Assembly: GCF_006345805.1 (NCBI RefSeq)
Contig: NC_043009.1
Location: 42,284,001-42,348,000 of the forward strand
Length of the DNA stretch: 64,000 nucleotides
Source of the DNA: Octopus sinensis
Lineage: Eukaryota
Direction of reading: 5' to 3'
In this document: positions 51,580 to 64,000 of the stretch, in pieces
Position numbering within the stretch: the stretch's first letter is position 1
How the letters are laid out: each line of letters opens with the position of its first letter
Translations under genes and position numbers: made by a program
Notes under the pieces: generated by a model
The model's database searches: none
The model's input: the letters and a program-made list of their open reading frames with translations, nothing else
Told to the model about the DNA's origin: nothing

Positions 51580-51862
51580 TGGCGCATGGCTTGGTCGTTA
51601 GGGTATTCGTGAGTTCGATTCTCGACGGCATGTTGTGTCTTTGAGCAAGATACTTTATTTCAAGATGTTCCAGTCCACTCAACAGGCAAAAGTAAGTAGG
51701 ATCCGTATTTCAAATGGGCCAGCCTTGTCACATTCTGTGACACTCTGAATCTCCCTGAGAACTACGTTAAGTGGAGCGCTCAGCCACTTGCACGTTAATT
51801 TCACAAGTAGGTTGTTCCGTTGATAGAATCAGCTGGAACCCTAATCGTCGTAACCGACGGAG
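51580..51862 (+). mobile_element. SINE family F
   Basis: tRNA-like head (gagttcgattctc) and ttgtgtctttgagcaagatacttt. Related heads at 53358 (+) and 9760-9893 (-). Confidence 0.7.
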
Positions 51863-52023
51863 AATCAGTTATTATTTATAAATGAAATCACATAAAAATT
51901 AAAACTGGTAAAATGCTGCTGTTTAGCACCCAAATCAAACTTCAGTCTATTAAAAAAAAAGCTGAAAAAATTTCCATCCATGACTATTGCATTTATTTCT
52001 ATATTTAGGCATATTTTGACCAA

Positions 52024-52196
52024 TAGGCGCGGGCTTGGCTGTAGTAAAATGTTTTCTTCGCAACAACATGGTTCTGGGTTCAGTCCCATGCGGGACACCT
52101 TGGGCAAGTGACTTCTGCTATAGTTTCGATCTCACTAGAGCATTGTGAGTGAATTTTGTACACGGAAACTGAAAGAAGTCCATCGAATATGTGTGA

Positions 52197-52255
<59 letters not shown>

Positions 52256-52460
52256 AGTTTGTTCCCCATCCTTGCTTGACAACCATTGTTGGCGTGTTTA
52301 CGCACCCGCAACTTGGCAATTCGGCAAGGTGGCCGACAGAATAAGTACCAGGCTTTACAAAAATATAAGTGCTAGGGTCGATTATTTCGACTAAAATTCT
52401 TCAGGGCACTGCTTCAGCGTGGCCACAGTCTAATGACTGAAACAAGAAAAATATAAAAGA
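52024..52460 (+). mobile_element. SINE-A with (GT)n spacer
   Basis: Family motifs present. Confidence 0.8.
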
Positions 52461-52810
52461 AAAGATAAAGAAAGAATATATTCGTGCATTCCTTTCTCAC
52501 CGTATGCTGGGATTTGAAAGACATCTCGTCTGAAGCTCTAATATTTGCCAGTCCTCCGCTCTGGTTTTGCACTTTTTATCGACCTCAGAAGCATGAAATT
52601 CGATGTTGACTTCATCGAGAAATAAACACGGAGTTGAGAGAGTCGTAATAAATACCACTTGGCATTTATTCTATCCAACTCTCTTATCGTCTCTATTAGT
52701 TTGCCCCTTTCTATGAACGTGCAATTTCACATATAACCATGGATATATACAAAAGTAGATATAACTAAACCCAGGGGCAAATAGTAACATTATGCTCACA
52801 TATAATCATA

Positions 52811-53130
52811 CACTGTGACCACACCATGATCACAGTGACCGACCAGGCTATCAGATGTTGCTACACATCGCTGGTCACAATGCGCTTCATATTGTTTCAG
52901 CCTTCAAATGACGCCACCCCGCTGGCTAAGCGAGCAGGCCAACAGACGAAAGAGTGAGAGAAAGTTGTGGCGAAAGAGTACAGCAAGGATCGCCAGCAAC
53001 CCCTGCCGGAACGTCATGGAACTTTAGGTGTTTTCGCTCAATAAACACTCACAACACCCGATCTGGGAATCGTAACTGCGATCCCTCAACCGCGAGTCAG
53101 CTGCCCTAACCACTGGGCCATTGCGCCTCC
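52811..53130 (-). mobile_element. SINE family C with an alternative 3' tail
   Basis: Head ggaggcgcaatggcccagtggttagggcagc as at 32115, but the tail is unrelated. Confidence 0.8.
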
Positions 53131-53585
53131 ACATAATCATACATATGTATGTATAAGTGAGTATACATGCCTTTATACTTACACAAATGTACATATATAT
53201 ACACACTTGCAATTAAGTGATCACAATGCACATACATTCATACACATATACACATAAACGCATATATGCACTAATAAAAGAATATAATCACACACATATA
53301 CTTATAACAGAGTAGACAAATGTATACACAAAAACCCAACCACACACATATATATGTCAAGGGCGCATGGCCAAGGGATTAGAATGTTGAACTCACGATT
53401 ACGAGATCCCGGTTTCAGTTCCTGGGCCAGGTAGCACCGTTGTGTTCTTGAACAAAACGCTTCGTCTTATGTTGCTCTGCGATCACATCTACACCTGACG
53501 TATGGTATACCGCCTTGTTCAAGCAACGTCGATTTGATGGAGCGAGTGAGCTAATGTGCAACATATACATTTCATTACTATAAAC

Positions 53586-53916
53586 CAGTGGTTCCCAAAC
53601 TTTTTCACGCTGCCACCCCATAGTTCTAAGGCCACATTCCTAGTGCCCCACCTCCACTTACCATCACAGACACAGACCACTTCTGCAGTAAATTCAAAAC
53701 AACAGTATTTCACAAATAAAGCATAACTCAATTAACCCTTTATTTGTTTTTTTTTGTTTTTTTACGTTTATTGTCCCGTTTTGGTCACCCCATTATCGGC
53801 GTCGATAAATTAAGTACCAGTGAAACAGTTGAATCGATGAAATCGTCTAGTCTCCTCCCCTCTGGACCTTTCCACCACCTCCAGTGCGGCGGTCCCGCCC
53901 ACTTTGGGAACCACTG
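53586..53916. mobile_element. hAT-type MITE
   Basis: Perfect 14-bp TIR cagtggttcccaaa / tttgggaaccactg, with an 8-bp TSD ctataaac on both sides. Confidence 0.92.
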
Positions 53917-54332
53917 CTATAAACGAATTATTTCTGTAGGTTGTTCTGCAAGAAATCGCAGAACCATCTTTCTCGACTCCGCGAGACTACAATTTAATTA
54001 CCCACACACACTTTCAAGCATTCGCGCGTGTGCGTGGTGTACATACATACGCTAGCAAGTACACAGATGTATGTGCATATATATAGTCACACATACGTAC
54101 TCATAATCACATACATGCACAAATAAGCACATGTACGTATAACTGGATACAGCCCATATATTTACACAAACATACATATATATACTGACGTGTATATACA
54201 CATACTCACCTTAATGTGAGCATACTTACACACTTCACATACAAACCTCTACATTTAATCACATTAATGTACCTATTAAAGGATTTCAAAGTATTACTGT
54301 TTAGTCTGACTTCATTATTACACTTATATATG

Positions 54333-55530
54333 AAGGCGGCGAGCTGGCAGAAACGTTAGCACGCCGGGCGAAATGCGTAGCCGTATTTCGTCTGCCGTTA
54401 CGTTCTGAGTTCAAATTCCGCCGAGGTCAACTTTGCCTTTCATCCTTTCGGGGTCGATTAAATAAGTACCAGTTATGCACTGGAGTCGATATAATCGACT
54501 TAATCCGTTTGTCTGTCCTTGTTTGTCCTCTCTATGTTTAGCCCCTTGTGGGTAGTAAAGAAATAGGTATTTCGTCTGCCGTTACGTTGTGAGTTCAAAT
54601 TCCGCCGAGGTCGACTTTGCCTTTCATCTTTTCGAGGTCGATAAATTAAGTACCAGTTGCGCACTGGGGTCGATGTAATCGATTTAATACCTGTGTCTGT
54701 CCTTGTTTGTCCCCTCTGTGTTTGGCCCCTTGTGGGTAATAAAGAAATACGTATTTCGTCCGCCGCTGCGTTCTGAGTTCAAATTCCGCCGAGGTCAACT
54801 TTGCCTTTCATCCTTTCGGGGTCGATAAATTAAGTACCAGTTGCGTACTGGGTCGATCTAATCGACTGACACCCCGCCAAAAGTAAAAAAATTTCGGGCC
54901 TCGTGCCTAGAATAGAAAAGATTATTGAACTCGATTTAAGGCGGCGAGCTGTCAGGAGCGTTAGCACACCGGGCAAAATAATTAGCGGCATTTAGCTTTC
55001 ATCCTTTCGGCGTCGATAAATTAAGTACCAGTGAAACAGTTGAATCGATGAAATCGTCTAGTCTCCTCCCCTCCCCTCAAATTTCAAGCCTTGTGCTTAT
55101 AATAGAAAGGATTATTAATTCCGATGTAAGGCAGTAGGTTAGCAGAATCGTTAGTGGCATCTTGTCCGTCTTTATATTCTGAGCTCAAATTCTGCCGAAG
55201 TCAGCTTTGCTTTTCATCCTTTCGGAGTCAATGAATTCACAACCAGTGAAACTCCGGGGTCAATGTAATCGACTTAACCCCTCCTGTAAAGTATTAGGCT
55301 TTGTGCCAAAATTTGAAACCAATATTAAAGATAATACCTTGAGGCGAGGCGTTAAAGCGGCATTTCGTTCATCTTTGAGTTCTGAGTTCAAATTCCGCCG
55401 AGGTCAGCTTTTCCGTTCATCCTTTCGAGGTTGATAAAACAAGTACCAATTGAGTACTGTGATAGATATAATCGATTTACCCCATCTCCCAAAATTGCTG
55501 GCCTTATGCCAGAATTTGAAACTAGTACTA
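54333..55530 (+). mobile_element. Head-to-tail array of about six SINE-B units
   Basis: Repeated gagttcaaattccgccgaggtc.actttgcctttcatcctttcggggtcgat.aa.taagtaccag. The first three units form a ~184-bp tandem module. Confidence 0.9.
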
Positions 55531-55662
55531 AACTGAGGAATTAAGTCTAACCTAAGTAGGCCAGGGTAGAATTTGAACACAGAACGGAAAGATTCCAAAC
55601 AGGCACAGTAATGCATCTCGTCTGAAATTGTCAAGGTTCTGCCATCCGCTTTTTATCGATGA

Positions 55663-56090
55663 CTAGCAGCATAGCCCGGCGTTGCCCGGGTATGTAAGAG
55701 CCCCTAGTAGGCAACGACTAATCCCAATCTAGTCCTTTTCCTCTAAGGAACGAAGGCGCATGTGTAGGTTGCAATGTCTTCTCTTCACTCGAATACTTCT
55801 GTGTATACGATGTTCCTAGCTGTCCCTAGCTGTCGAGTTGTGTCCCCTAGACAGAAAATGTGTTGCATATAAAAAGCTTAGATTCTCGACCCCATGTCGA
55901 ATTTATCGATTTTTTCAGAACTGGGGGAACTTTTCAAAATTTCCGCTGCGTTAGTTTTGAATTATGACATTGGGCTATGTGTGTGTCAAGTTTCATCAGA
56001 ATCGGTTGAAAGCCGTGGTTAGGGTGAGGGTACAACCTGACAGACACACAGACACACAGACAGACGAACTGCCGTTTATATATAGAGAGA
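55663..56090 (-). mobile_element. Non-autonomous Helitron
   Basis: Minus strand starts TC after an A and ends with the hairpin cccgggcaacgccggg, then CTAG, then T. No TSD; internal (GTCT/GT) repeat. Confidence 0.85.
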
Positions 56091-56838
56091 TAAAAAGCAA
56101 AATTGAACTAAATGCGAAAAGGTTTGGAACAATACTGTAAGACATTCTGATTCTGAACGTTGCTTTTACGTCTCTGTCAGTTCGCTCTCTCTCTCTCTCT
56201 CTCTCATACGTAGAGTCACGCACATGTACTTTTAAAAAGTCACACAAATACTGCCCACATTGTCACGCCAAAACAACATTGATGTGACACCGTGTGAATT
56301 CTATCCTAAACTAAAGAACTACAGCTTTAAAGAAACTCTGAGTTACATAATATTGTCTTCGACTGGAAACATTTGTTTTTCATTGAAATATTCTAGCATT
56401 TATAAATTTAGTCTTTCGTTCATTCTTCGTTTTTCTATTCAATTTTTCTCGGTTCTTTTCCCTTCTTGCAAACCCCTAAAGTATTCCTTAGATTTACTTT
56501 TAACATTTGTTGTTACTGCTGCTGCTACTACTACCGCTGCTATTCTCCTTCTTGCTATTATGAATAATTTTTTTTGTTTTCAGTGGCATTGTTATTGCCA
56601 TTCCAGTTGTTGTGATGGCTGTCATATTTGTTCATGTTCTCATTCTATATTTTTGACTTGGATTCCTTGTTGGCTATTATCATTGCCGTTGTTGTTGTTG
56701 CTGGTGTTGTTGCTATTGATGTTATGGCTGGTGATATTTTCGTTGTTCTATTGTTGTCATCATGTGTGCTGTGATAATTTCTGAAGTTTCTTTCCATTGT
56801 TATCGCTGCTGTATTGTTTGCTGTTTCCTTTATTATCG

Positions 56839-56881
<43 letters not shown>

Positions 56882-56977
56882 CAATCTATTATCATCGTTT
56901 GTGATATTAAAAAAACACGAAATTGTGTTGTTTTTCTTGCCATTGTCGAGGCAGTAGTTGCTGTCACAGTTGTGGAA

Positions 56978-57041
<64 letters not shown>

Positions 57042-57064
57042 TAAAAATAATAATAATAATAATG

Positions 57065-57095
<31 letters not shown>

Positions 57096-58126
57096 TAAAA
57101 TAATAATAATAATGATAAAAATAATAATAATAATGATAAAAATAATAATAATAATGATGATAATAAAAATAATAATAATGATGATGATGATGATGAGGAT
57201 AACGGTATTGCTATTATTTGTGCTATTGCAATTTGTGGTTTTTGCTATTATACAGTCTTATTGTCATCAACCTGTGATATGAAAAAACACGTTTGTTTTC
57301 CTTGCTGTTTGTTATTGTTGGTGAGTTTATTGTTCAAATTTACTGCGTTTGGTGTTGATAAATGTGTGTGAGCATGTATGTATGTATGTATTATGTATGT
57401 ATGCATGTATAAGCCTGTATAAAAGTTTCATTGTTGTATGTGTGTATGTGTGTGTGTTTGTGTGTGTGTTTTATATATTTTCTTTTTAATGTTTAATTTA
57501 GTGTCGTTTTTCTTTTACTTGGATCGTTTGTTTCTATTTAGAGAAGTAAACATACAAATATATTAAAATATTACGTTACAAAAGAAGCATGACAAAAATC
57601 TTTAAAGCAAGCAAGCAACCAATAAACAAACAAAAAATAAATACATAAATGTATATAAAATATCGGAGAAAAACTTGTTATAAACCACTTCGAAAAATCA
57701 ATCTAATTTTTATTATAAATTTATATATTTTTTAATTTATAAAAAAAATTCATTGTTAAATATTATATTTTTTAAAAATACAGAAAATATATTAATAAAA
57801 AATAAGGAGAATAATATCTGACTAAAATAAAAATTATTTAAAAAAAAATTCTGTAAATATTTTGCAGAGAAACTTAGAAGAATATAAGAATAGCTGTCTT
57901 TTAAACGTGGCTTCTGCTGTTGCAATTATAGAGGAAGGATAACAATAGCCAATGGTGAGGTCGGTGGATGGATGTGTCGGGGGTGATTTTGGTAGGTTTG
58001 CAGGGTTTAGAATTGAGAATGAATAAATATTAAATGAAATAATGATGATAATAATATAATAATAATAATAATAATATAATATAATAATGATAATGATAAT
58101 AATAATATAATAATAATAATATAATA

Positions 58127-58157
<31 letters not shown>

Positions 58158-58161
58158 AATA

Positions 58162-58198
<37 letters not shown>

Positions 58199-58998
58199 TG
58201 ATGATGATGATGATGATAATAATAATAACAGTGTTGATGATGGTGACGATGATGATGAGGATGATAAATGGAAGAAATCCATTCTTAGTTTTAATTGTTA
58301 TCATTGAAAAAAATAAACGTGAGCCATGTTTGAAGATGTCTTTATGATATTAATTTAGAGTCTATTCCGGGGGGAAATGACGAAAAACATTCGTCCCCCG
58401 TGGACCAGGAGTAGGGTGGTAAGCAAAACAACAAAGCTATGACAATTTGGATAATATTTCTCATTTTCTTTATATTTAGCTATTTCTGTCTTTCGATGTT
58501 TTCTATTTTGTCCTTCCCTCTTTCTTTCTTTCTTCACATGATAATTTATAATTAACAGTAAAAATGTGGATTTATAACACAGAAAGTATAAATTCAGAGG
58601 ATGAAACCAGAAAAAAAAAAAACGATAAGTAAAAGTAATTTTGGTGGTGTTTGACATCAGCTTGCAAAAGTACAAAGATAAACTAATTTTATTTTAAATG
58701 TAATAAAATACTAGCTGTACCCATTGAAATTCTAAATTCTAAACATCTTTGAAAACTTTAAAATTGCTGTACGTCTATAAAGAACTATGAAATACATAAA
58801 TATTTTGAAACTGTTTTTCTGCGTCGTTTGATTTTCGAGACAGCGTAAAGTCCGTCTATGTAGTTGGAGTTTTAGATGTGGATAATTTTGAAAACTATAT
58901 TCTTTGTTAGACACTTGCCATTATGTAGATTTTGTATTCTTATATTTTTATTTTGACGTCGAAACGTTAACATACTTAAAATTGAGTTACATATACAT

Positions 58999-59363
58999 AG
59001 GCGCAGGAGTGGCTGTGTGGTAAGTAGCTTGCCACTGCGTGGCATCTTGGGCAAGTGTCTTCTGCTATAGCCCCGGGCCGACCAATTTGGATTTGGTAGA
59101 CGGAAACTGAAAGAAGCCCGTCACATATATGTATATATATATATATATATGTATGTGTGTCTGTGTTTGTCCCCCAAGCATTGCTTGACAACCGATGCTG
59201 GTGTGTTTACGTCCCCGTCACTTAGCGGTTCGGCAAAAGAGATCGATAGAATAAGTACTGGGCTTACAAAAGAATAAGTCCCGGATTCGATTTGCTCGAC
59301 TAAAGGCGGTGCTCCAGCATGGCCGCAGTCAAGTGACTGAAACAAGTAAAAGAGTAAAAGAGT
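58999..59363 (+). mobile_element. SINE-A, young copy with internal deletions
   Basis: Near-consensus sequence with CpGs intact. Confidence 0.88.
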
Positions 59364-59676
59364 ATGTGTATAAGAAAATTACTTTATCACTACTCGTGAT
59401 TTTCTAATGGGACTATTTTATTAAAACTACTGAAAATTCTGTTAGTAATCTTTAAAATGGCATGAAATCGAAGACTTAATCTCTCTTTAATATTACTTTA
59501 TTACAATACGACTACTAATATAACTTTGCACTACGTTCTTATTTTTAAATCAGAGAAAATTGTATATAGCTGGATTTGGACGAACAATTTCAGTGAACAC
59601 TGTGAAGCGGATTCTAAAATTCTAAAACAATATATTAGTAATACGCATATAGCCCACCCACCACATACACACATTC

Positions 59677-60150
59677 TATTTCTTTACTGCCCACAAGGGG
59701 CTAAATATAGAGAGGACAAACAAGGACAGACAAACGGATTAAGTCGATTATATCAACCCCAGTGCGTAACTGGTACTTAATTAAGGCGGCGAGCTGGCAG
59801 AAACGTAGCACGCCGGGCGAAATGCTTAGCGGTATTTCGTCTGCGTTACGTTGTGAGTTCAAATTCCGCCGAGGTCGACTTTGCTTTTCATCCTTTTGGG
59901 GTCGATAAATTAAGTACCAGTCACGCACTGGGGTCGATGTAATCGACTTAATACCTATGTCTGTCCTTGTTTGTCCCCTCTGTGTTTAGCCCCTTGTGGG
60001 TAATAAAGAAATAGGTACTTAATTTATCGACCCGAAAGGATGAAAGGCAAAGTCGACCTCGGCGGAATTTGAACTCAGAACGTAACGACAGACGAAATAC
60101 GGCTACGCATTTACCCCAGCGTGCTAACGTTTCTGCCAGCTCGCCGCCTT
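59677..60150. mobile_element. SINE-B (+, 59783-60013) inserted antisense into SINE-B (-)
   Basis: TSD ggtacttaatt at 59772-59782 and 60014-60024. Confidence 0.88.
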
Positions 60151-60198
60151 TCATCACATATATATACATGCATATAGCTCTCTCTCTATATATATATA

Positions 60199-60236
<38 letters not shown>

Positions 60237-60259
60237 CATATATATATATATATATAAAT

Positions 60260-60403
<144 letters not shown>

Positions 60404-60446
60404 CGGCGTACGTACACTTTATTCTCTTATATGTAAGTACACATTT

Positions 60447-60512
<66 letters not shown>

Positions 60513-60514
<2 letters not shown>

Positions 60515-61087
60515 GACATGCAGGAAGTAAATAGACACCTTTAATTTTCAAAATCTTTTATTTGATATTAATTGGTTGAAGGAGAGGTTTTCTTCTAGCT
60601 GCTCGTCCATAATACCCAAGCTTATGCAGATGTGTAACACACGTTCTTGGACTAACTCCTAGCTGTTTTGCAATGTCAGAAGCCTTCGAACGGGGTTCGT
60701 TTTCCACAATTCTCTTCAAACAGCGAAGCTTCCTTTAAGAGGACCCAGGTCGGCCGGGACGAGAATCTGTTGATCATTTTCCTTGGCTTTTGAATTGCAC
60801 TGTAATTCTATTAACAGTAGCAAGAGGAATTTGAAGATTTTCGGCAATTTTTCCCTGGCTAAGATCATCCTCAGACTGCCCAACAATGCGGCCTCTTTGA
60901 AATTCTGACAGTTCTGCTGAATTTTTTTGTGTGTGGCATGGTTACTCTTCGCAAATGTTTAATATAATGGCACCTGGAATGAAAAAGAATAATTACATTG
61001 TAAATTCTCCACCGCTGAAAACATATTAAGACGCTTAGATCAGAAATTTTGAAAATTAGAGATGTCTATTTACTTCCTGCATGTCTG
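60513..61087 (-). mobile_element. Internally deleted Tc1-family transposon
   Basis: ~42-bp TIRs cagacatgcaggaagtaaatagaca..., TA-flanked. Minus strand from 60939 reads [20 protein letters not shown]...SRPGRP...ARRKPLL with two stops. The DDE domain is absent. Confidence 0.92.
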
Positions 61088-61216
61088 TATATATATATAT
61101 ATGTACACACATATATATATAATGCACTGCTCCGTGATAGAAAGAGCAACAAAAAAGTACTCCATCTAATGAGAGATAAATATTATTTATTTAAAGGACA
61201 CAATGCATGTCTTTAA

Positions 61217-61271
61217 GTGCTACTAATAGTTTCATATGTTGAGAAATATCTCAAACATATTCATCAGGCAC
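61217..61271 (-). ncRNA. Intact-looking type-I hammerhead in a pLTR-like fragment
   Basis: gtgc-CTGATGA-atatg tttgaga tatt tctcaa catat-GAAA-ctattag-TA-gcac. Confidence 0.82.
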
Positions 61272-61890
61272 AAACCACATATAACAAACTAAAAATACAC
61301 GTTATAGCAACAAACGACGTTACTACAGTTTTTAACCACTAAATCAGTGGTGATGTCGTTTCCTACGGAGCAGGCGTGATAAACATTACTGATGCATATA
61401 ATAATAAAAATAATATATAAATATATGCATATATACATATATGGGCATGCCTACATATATATGGGTACATGACATCATACAAACGTTGAACACAATGAGA
61501 AACGAAAACATAAAAACAAAAACATAGAAAACGAACTTTTTTCGAACAACGAAAATAACAGAGAAACAAGACAAGCAGCATAAAGAATATTCCACTTCTT
61601 CAGTTGTCCCTGTTTCATGTACTCCGCGTCTTCGAAGGTAAGGACATACATATGTATATATGAATGTATGCATGTATGTATGTATGTATGTATGTATGTA
61701 TGTGTGTATGTATGTATGTATGTATGTATGTATGCATGCATGCATGCATGCATGTATGTATGTATGTATGTATGTATGTATGTATGTATGTATGTATGTA
61801 GGGGAGAATTCACGAAAAAACAAAAGACGAAGACAGGTGGTGTAGAAAACAAACAGATATATTAGTATAACGCTCAGGAATTTAAAAAGT

Positions 61891-61926
61891 CTTTTACGTT
61901 TCGAGCCTACGCTCTTCCACAGAAAG
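61891..61926 (-). ncRNA. Variant minimal hammerhead (CUGUGGA core)
   Basis: cttt-CTGTGGA-a-gagc gtag gctc-GAAA-cg-TA-aaag. Confidence 0.6.
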
Positions 61927-62485
61927 GAACACAGAAAGAAACAAGGAGAGAAACAATTGTATGTATGTATGTATGTATGTATGTATGTATGTATGTATGT
62001 ATGTATGTATGTATGTATGTACGTATGTGCCGCATTTAATTTTAAAGTATTTATTTCCAGTCAAATGTCTTACGAATGATTTAAATAATATAAATGTTGC
62101 AATGAGCTTAATTTTATGTAGCTCCAGTCTACTAAAGCAAAAATGCATATCAGCCGATTATTGATGTAGCTTTTCCTCCCTCCACCTGTCACATTACCGA
62201 TATTCCCTTGGGTCAAAAGAAAGGTTCAAAGGGTGTCGGGTCGTAACTAAATAGGCGCTTAAAACAAATAAGGAAAACAAGGTATGTGTTATTAAGCGTT
62301 CATGTGTAATAAATTAGTACTTTGATTTTGTTCCATAGTCAACCTTAGCAGAATAATATAAAATGATATTGATTATTTATTATCAAGATTCACAGTAAGT
62401 ACACATATGATTAAATTAACTGACTTTGCATATAGCCGGGACCTATTTTATCGATTCCTGAAATTTATGCCCATTAAGATTCAAG

Positions 62486-63098
62486 CTCTTTTACTCTTTT
62501 ACTCTTGTTTCAGTCATTTGACTGTGGCCATGCTGGAGCACTGCCCTTAGTCGAACAAATCGACCCCATGACTTATTCTTTGTAAGCCTAGTACTTATTA
62601 TGTCGGTCACTTTTGCCGAACCGCCAGGTTACGGGGACGTAAACACACCAGCATCGGTTGTCAAGCGATGTTGGGGCGGGACAAACACAGACACACAATC
62701 ATACACACACACACACATACACACACACATATATATACATATATGTGACGGGCTTCTTTCAGTTTCCGTCTACTAAATCCATTCACAAGGCTTTGGTCGG
62801 CCTGAGGCTATAGTAGAAGATACCTACCTAAGGTGCCATGCACTGGGACTGAACCCGGAACCATGGGGTTCGTAAGCAAGCTACTTACCACACGGCCAGT
62901 CCTATCAATAATGGTTTCAAATTTTGGCACAAAGCTAGCAATTTCGGGAGGTGGGGTAAGTCGATTACATCGACCCCAGTATTCAGCCAGAAAGGCAAAG
63001 TTGACCTCGGAAGAATTTGAACTTAGAACGTTAAGTCGGACGAAATGCCGCTATGCATTTTCCCCGGCGTTCTAGCGATTCTGCCAGCGCGCTGCTTT
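62486..63098 (-). mobile_element. SINE-A (62486-62903) followed by SINE-B (62910-63098)
   Basis: Family motifs present. Confidence 0.82.
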
Positions 63099-63573
63099 AA
63101 TTCAAGTTATGAATATGAAGATATGTAACTTAGTTTTGAATGTCGTTTAGAAATTGTTACTAAGGAATATTTTTAGTTGAAGGATAGTATTGTATATCAT
63201 ATTACAATATACGACTAGTAATATCTCTGAAAACTAAGATATATTTGTTCTTCCATTTTGCGACTAATATCATCAATAATACTTACAAGGATGTGTTGGT
63301 GGAATGTTAGAATCGGTTAATACGTCAATATCACAATATTCTCTTACTCCTTTAATTTAAGATATGAAATCGTGTAAAATCTATAGCTATAAGTATTACA
63401 TTGACATTTTATTTATATGTAACATATTAGAACACTTTAGTTTGAATGTTTTCTGAACAAATTCTGAATAATCCAACTGGCAATTAAACAACCAAAACTA
63501 ATTTATTTTTCTGCTTCGTAGATATTTTTAAATATCTATCCTTTGTTATCAATTTAATCATTCTGTCTTGATA

Positions 63574-63641
<68 letters not shown>

Positions 63642-63818
63642 ATAATAAATATTAGGGAATAAATCCAAATTTACAGGGAAAAAATCAGATTTAGGATTAA
63701 ATCGATTTTATAGTAAAATATTATAAAATATTATTCGAGACAAAACCACTATTTTGCAAAACAAACAAGGAAAGACTTAATCAATACATAAAATTTTATA
63801 AATAGTCAAAAAAAACCG

Positions 63819-63859
63819 CCACTACAATCGTTCTTGTCTTGATCGACATCTTCAGGTGG
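63819..63859 (-). ncRNA. Minimal hammerhead, slightly decayed
   Basis: ccac-CTGAAGA-tgtc gatcaa gaca-AGAA-cgattg-TA-gtgg. Confidence 0.7.
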
Positions 63860-64000
63860 ACTTCCAATAAAGAATGAGTCCTGGGTCGATTTGTTCAACT
63901 AAAGGTGGTGCTACAGCATGGCCACAAACAAATCAGTGATGTTGTAGCAAGGACTCTATAATGAAATCTGTCAGAAGGAAACCCTTTCAGATTTCTCTGT

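Noticed and set aside
56260-56784. 174-aa hydrophobic ORF
   Set aside because: Arises from T-rich (TTG/CTG)n-like low-complexity sequence.

Overview
AT-rich, repeat-saturated eukaryotic DNA, most likely an octopus intron or intergenic region. The organism call is inferred from recognising the SINE families and from the microsatellite load. I found no convincing host protein-coding exon, and nearly all listed ORFs are microsatellite translations. Contents: more than 40 copies of about five tRNA-headed or RTE-tailed SINE families; two Penelope-like elements (PLEs) with GIY-YIG remnants, one a young RT+GIY-YIG copy with an inverted pLTR; about 12 minimal type-I hammerhead motifs in PLE pLTR-like fragments; at least five R4/Dong-type 3' fragments clustered at (TAA)n tracts; a HERO-type fragment; an RTE RT remnant; a decayed Chapaev3-type transposon; an internally deleted Tc1; two hAT MITEs; and a non-autonomous Helitron. 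The strongest unexplained signal is a structured RNA motif seen six times in three sequence-divergent families. It carries the hammerhead core elements (UH, GAAA, CUGANGA) in a non-circularly permuted, pseudoknotted order, with helices that covary between families. Also notable: a retroposon with tandem TATA/Inr promoter monomers, two cases of local templated sequence capture, and 77-130 bp duplications flanking RLE-retrotransposon fragments. All family assignments come from motif recognition by eye, not from database searches.
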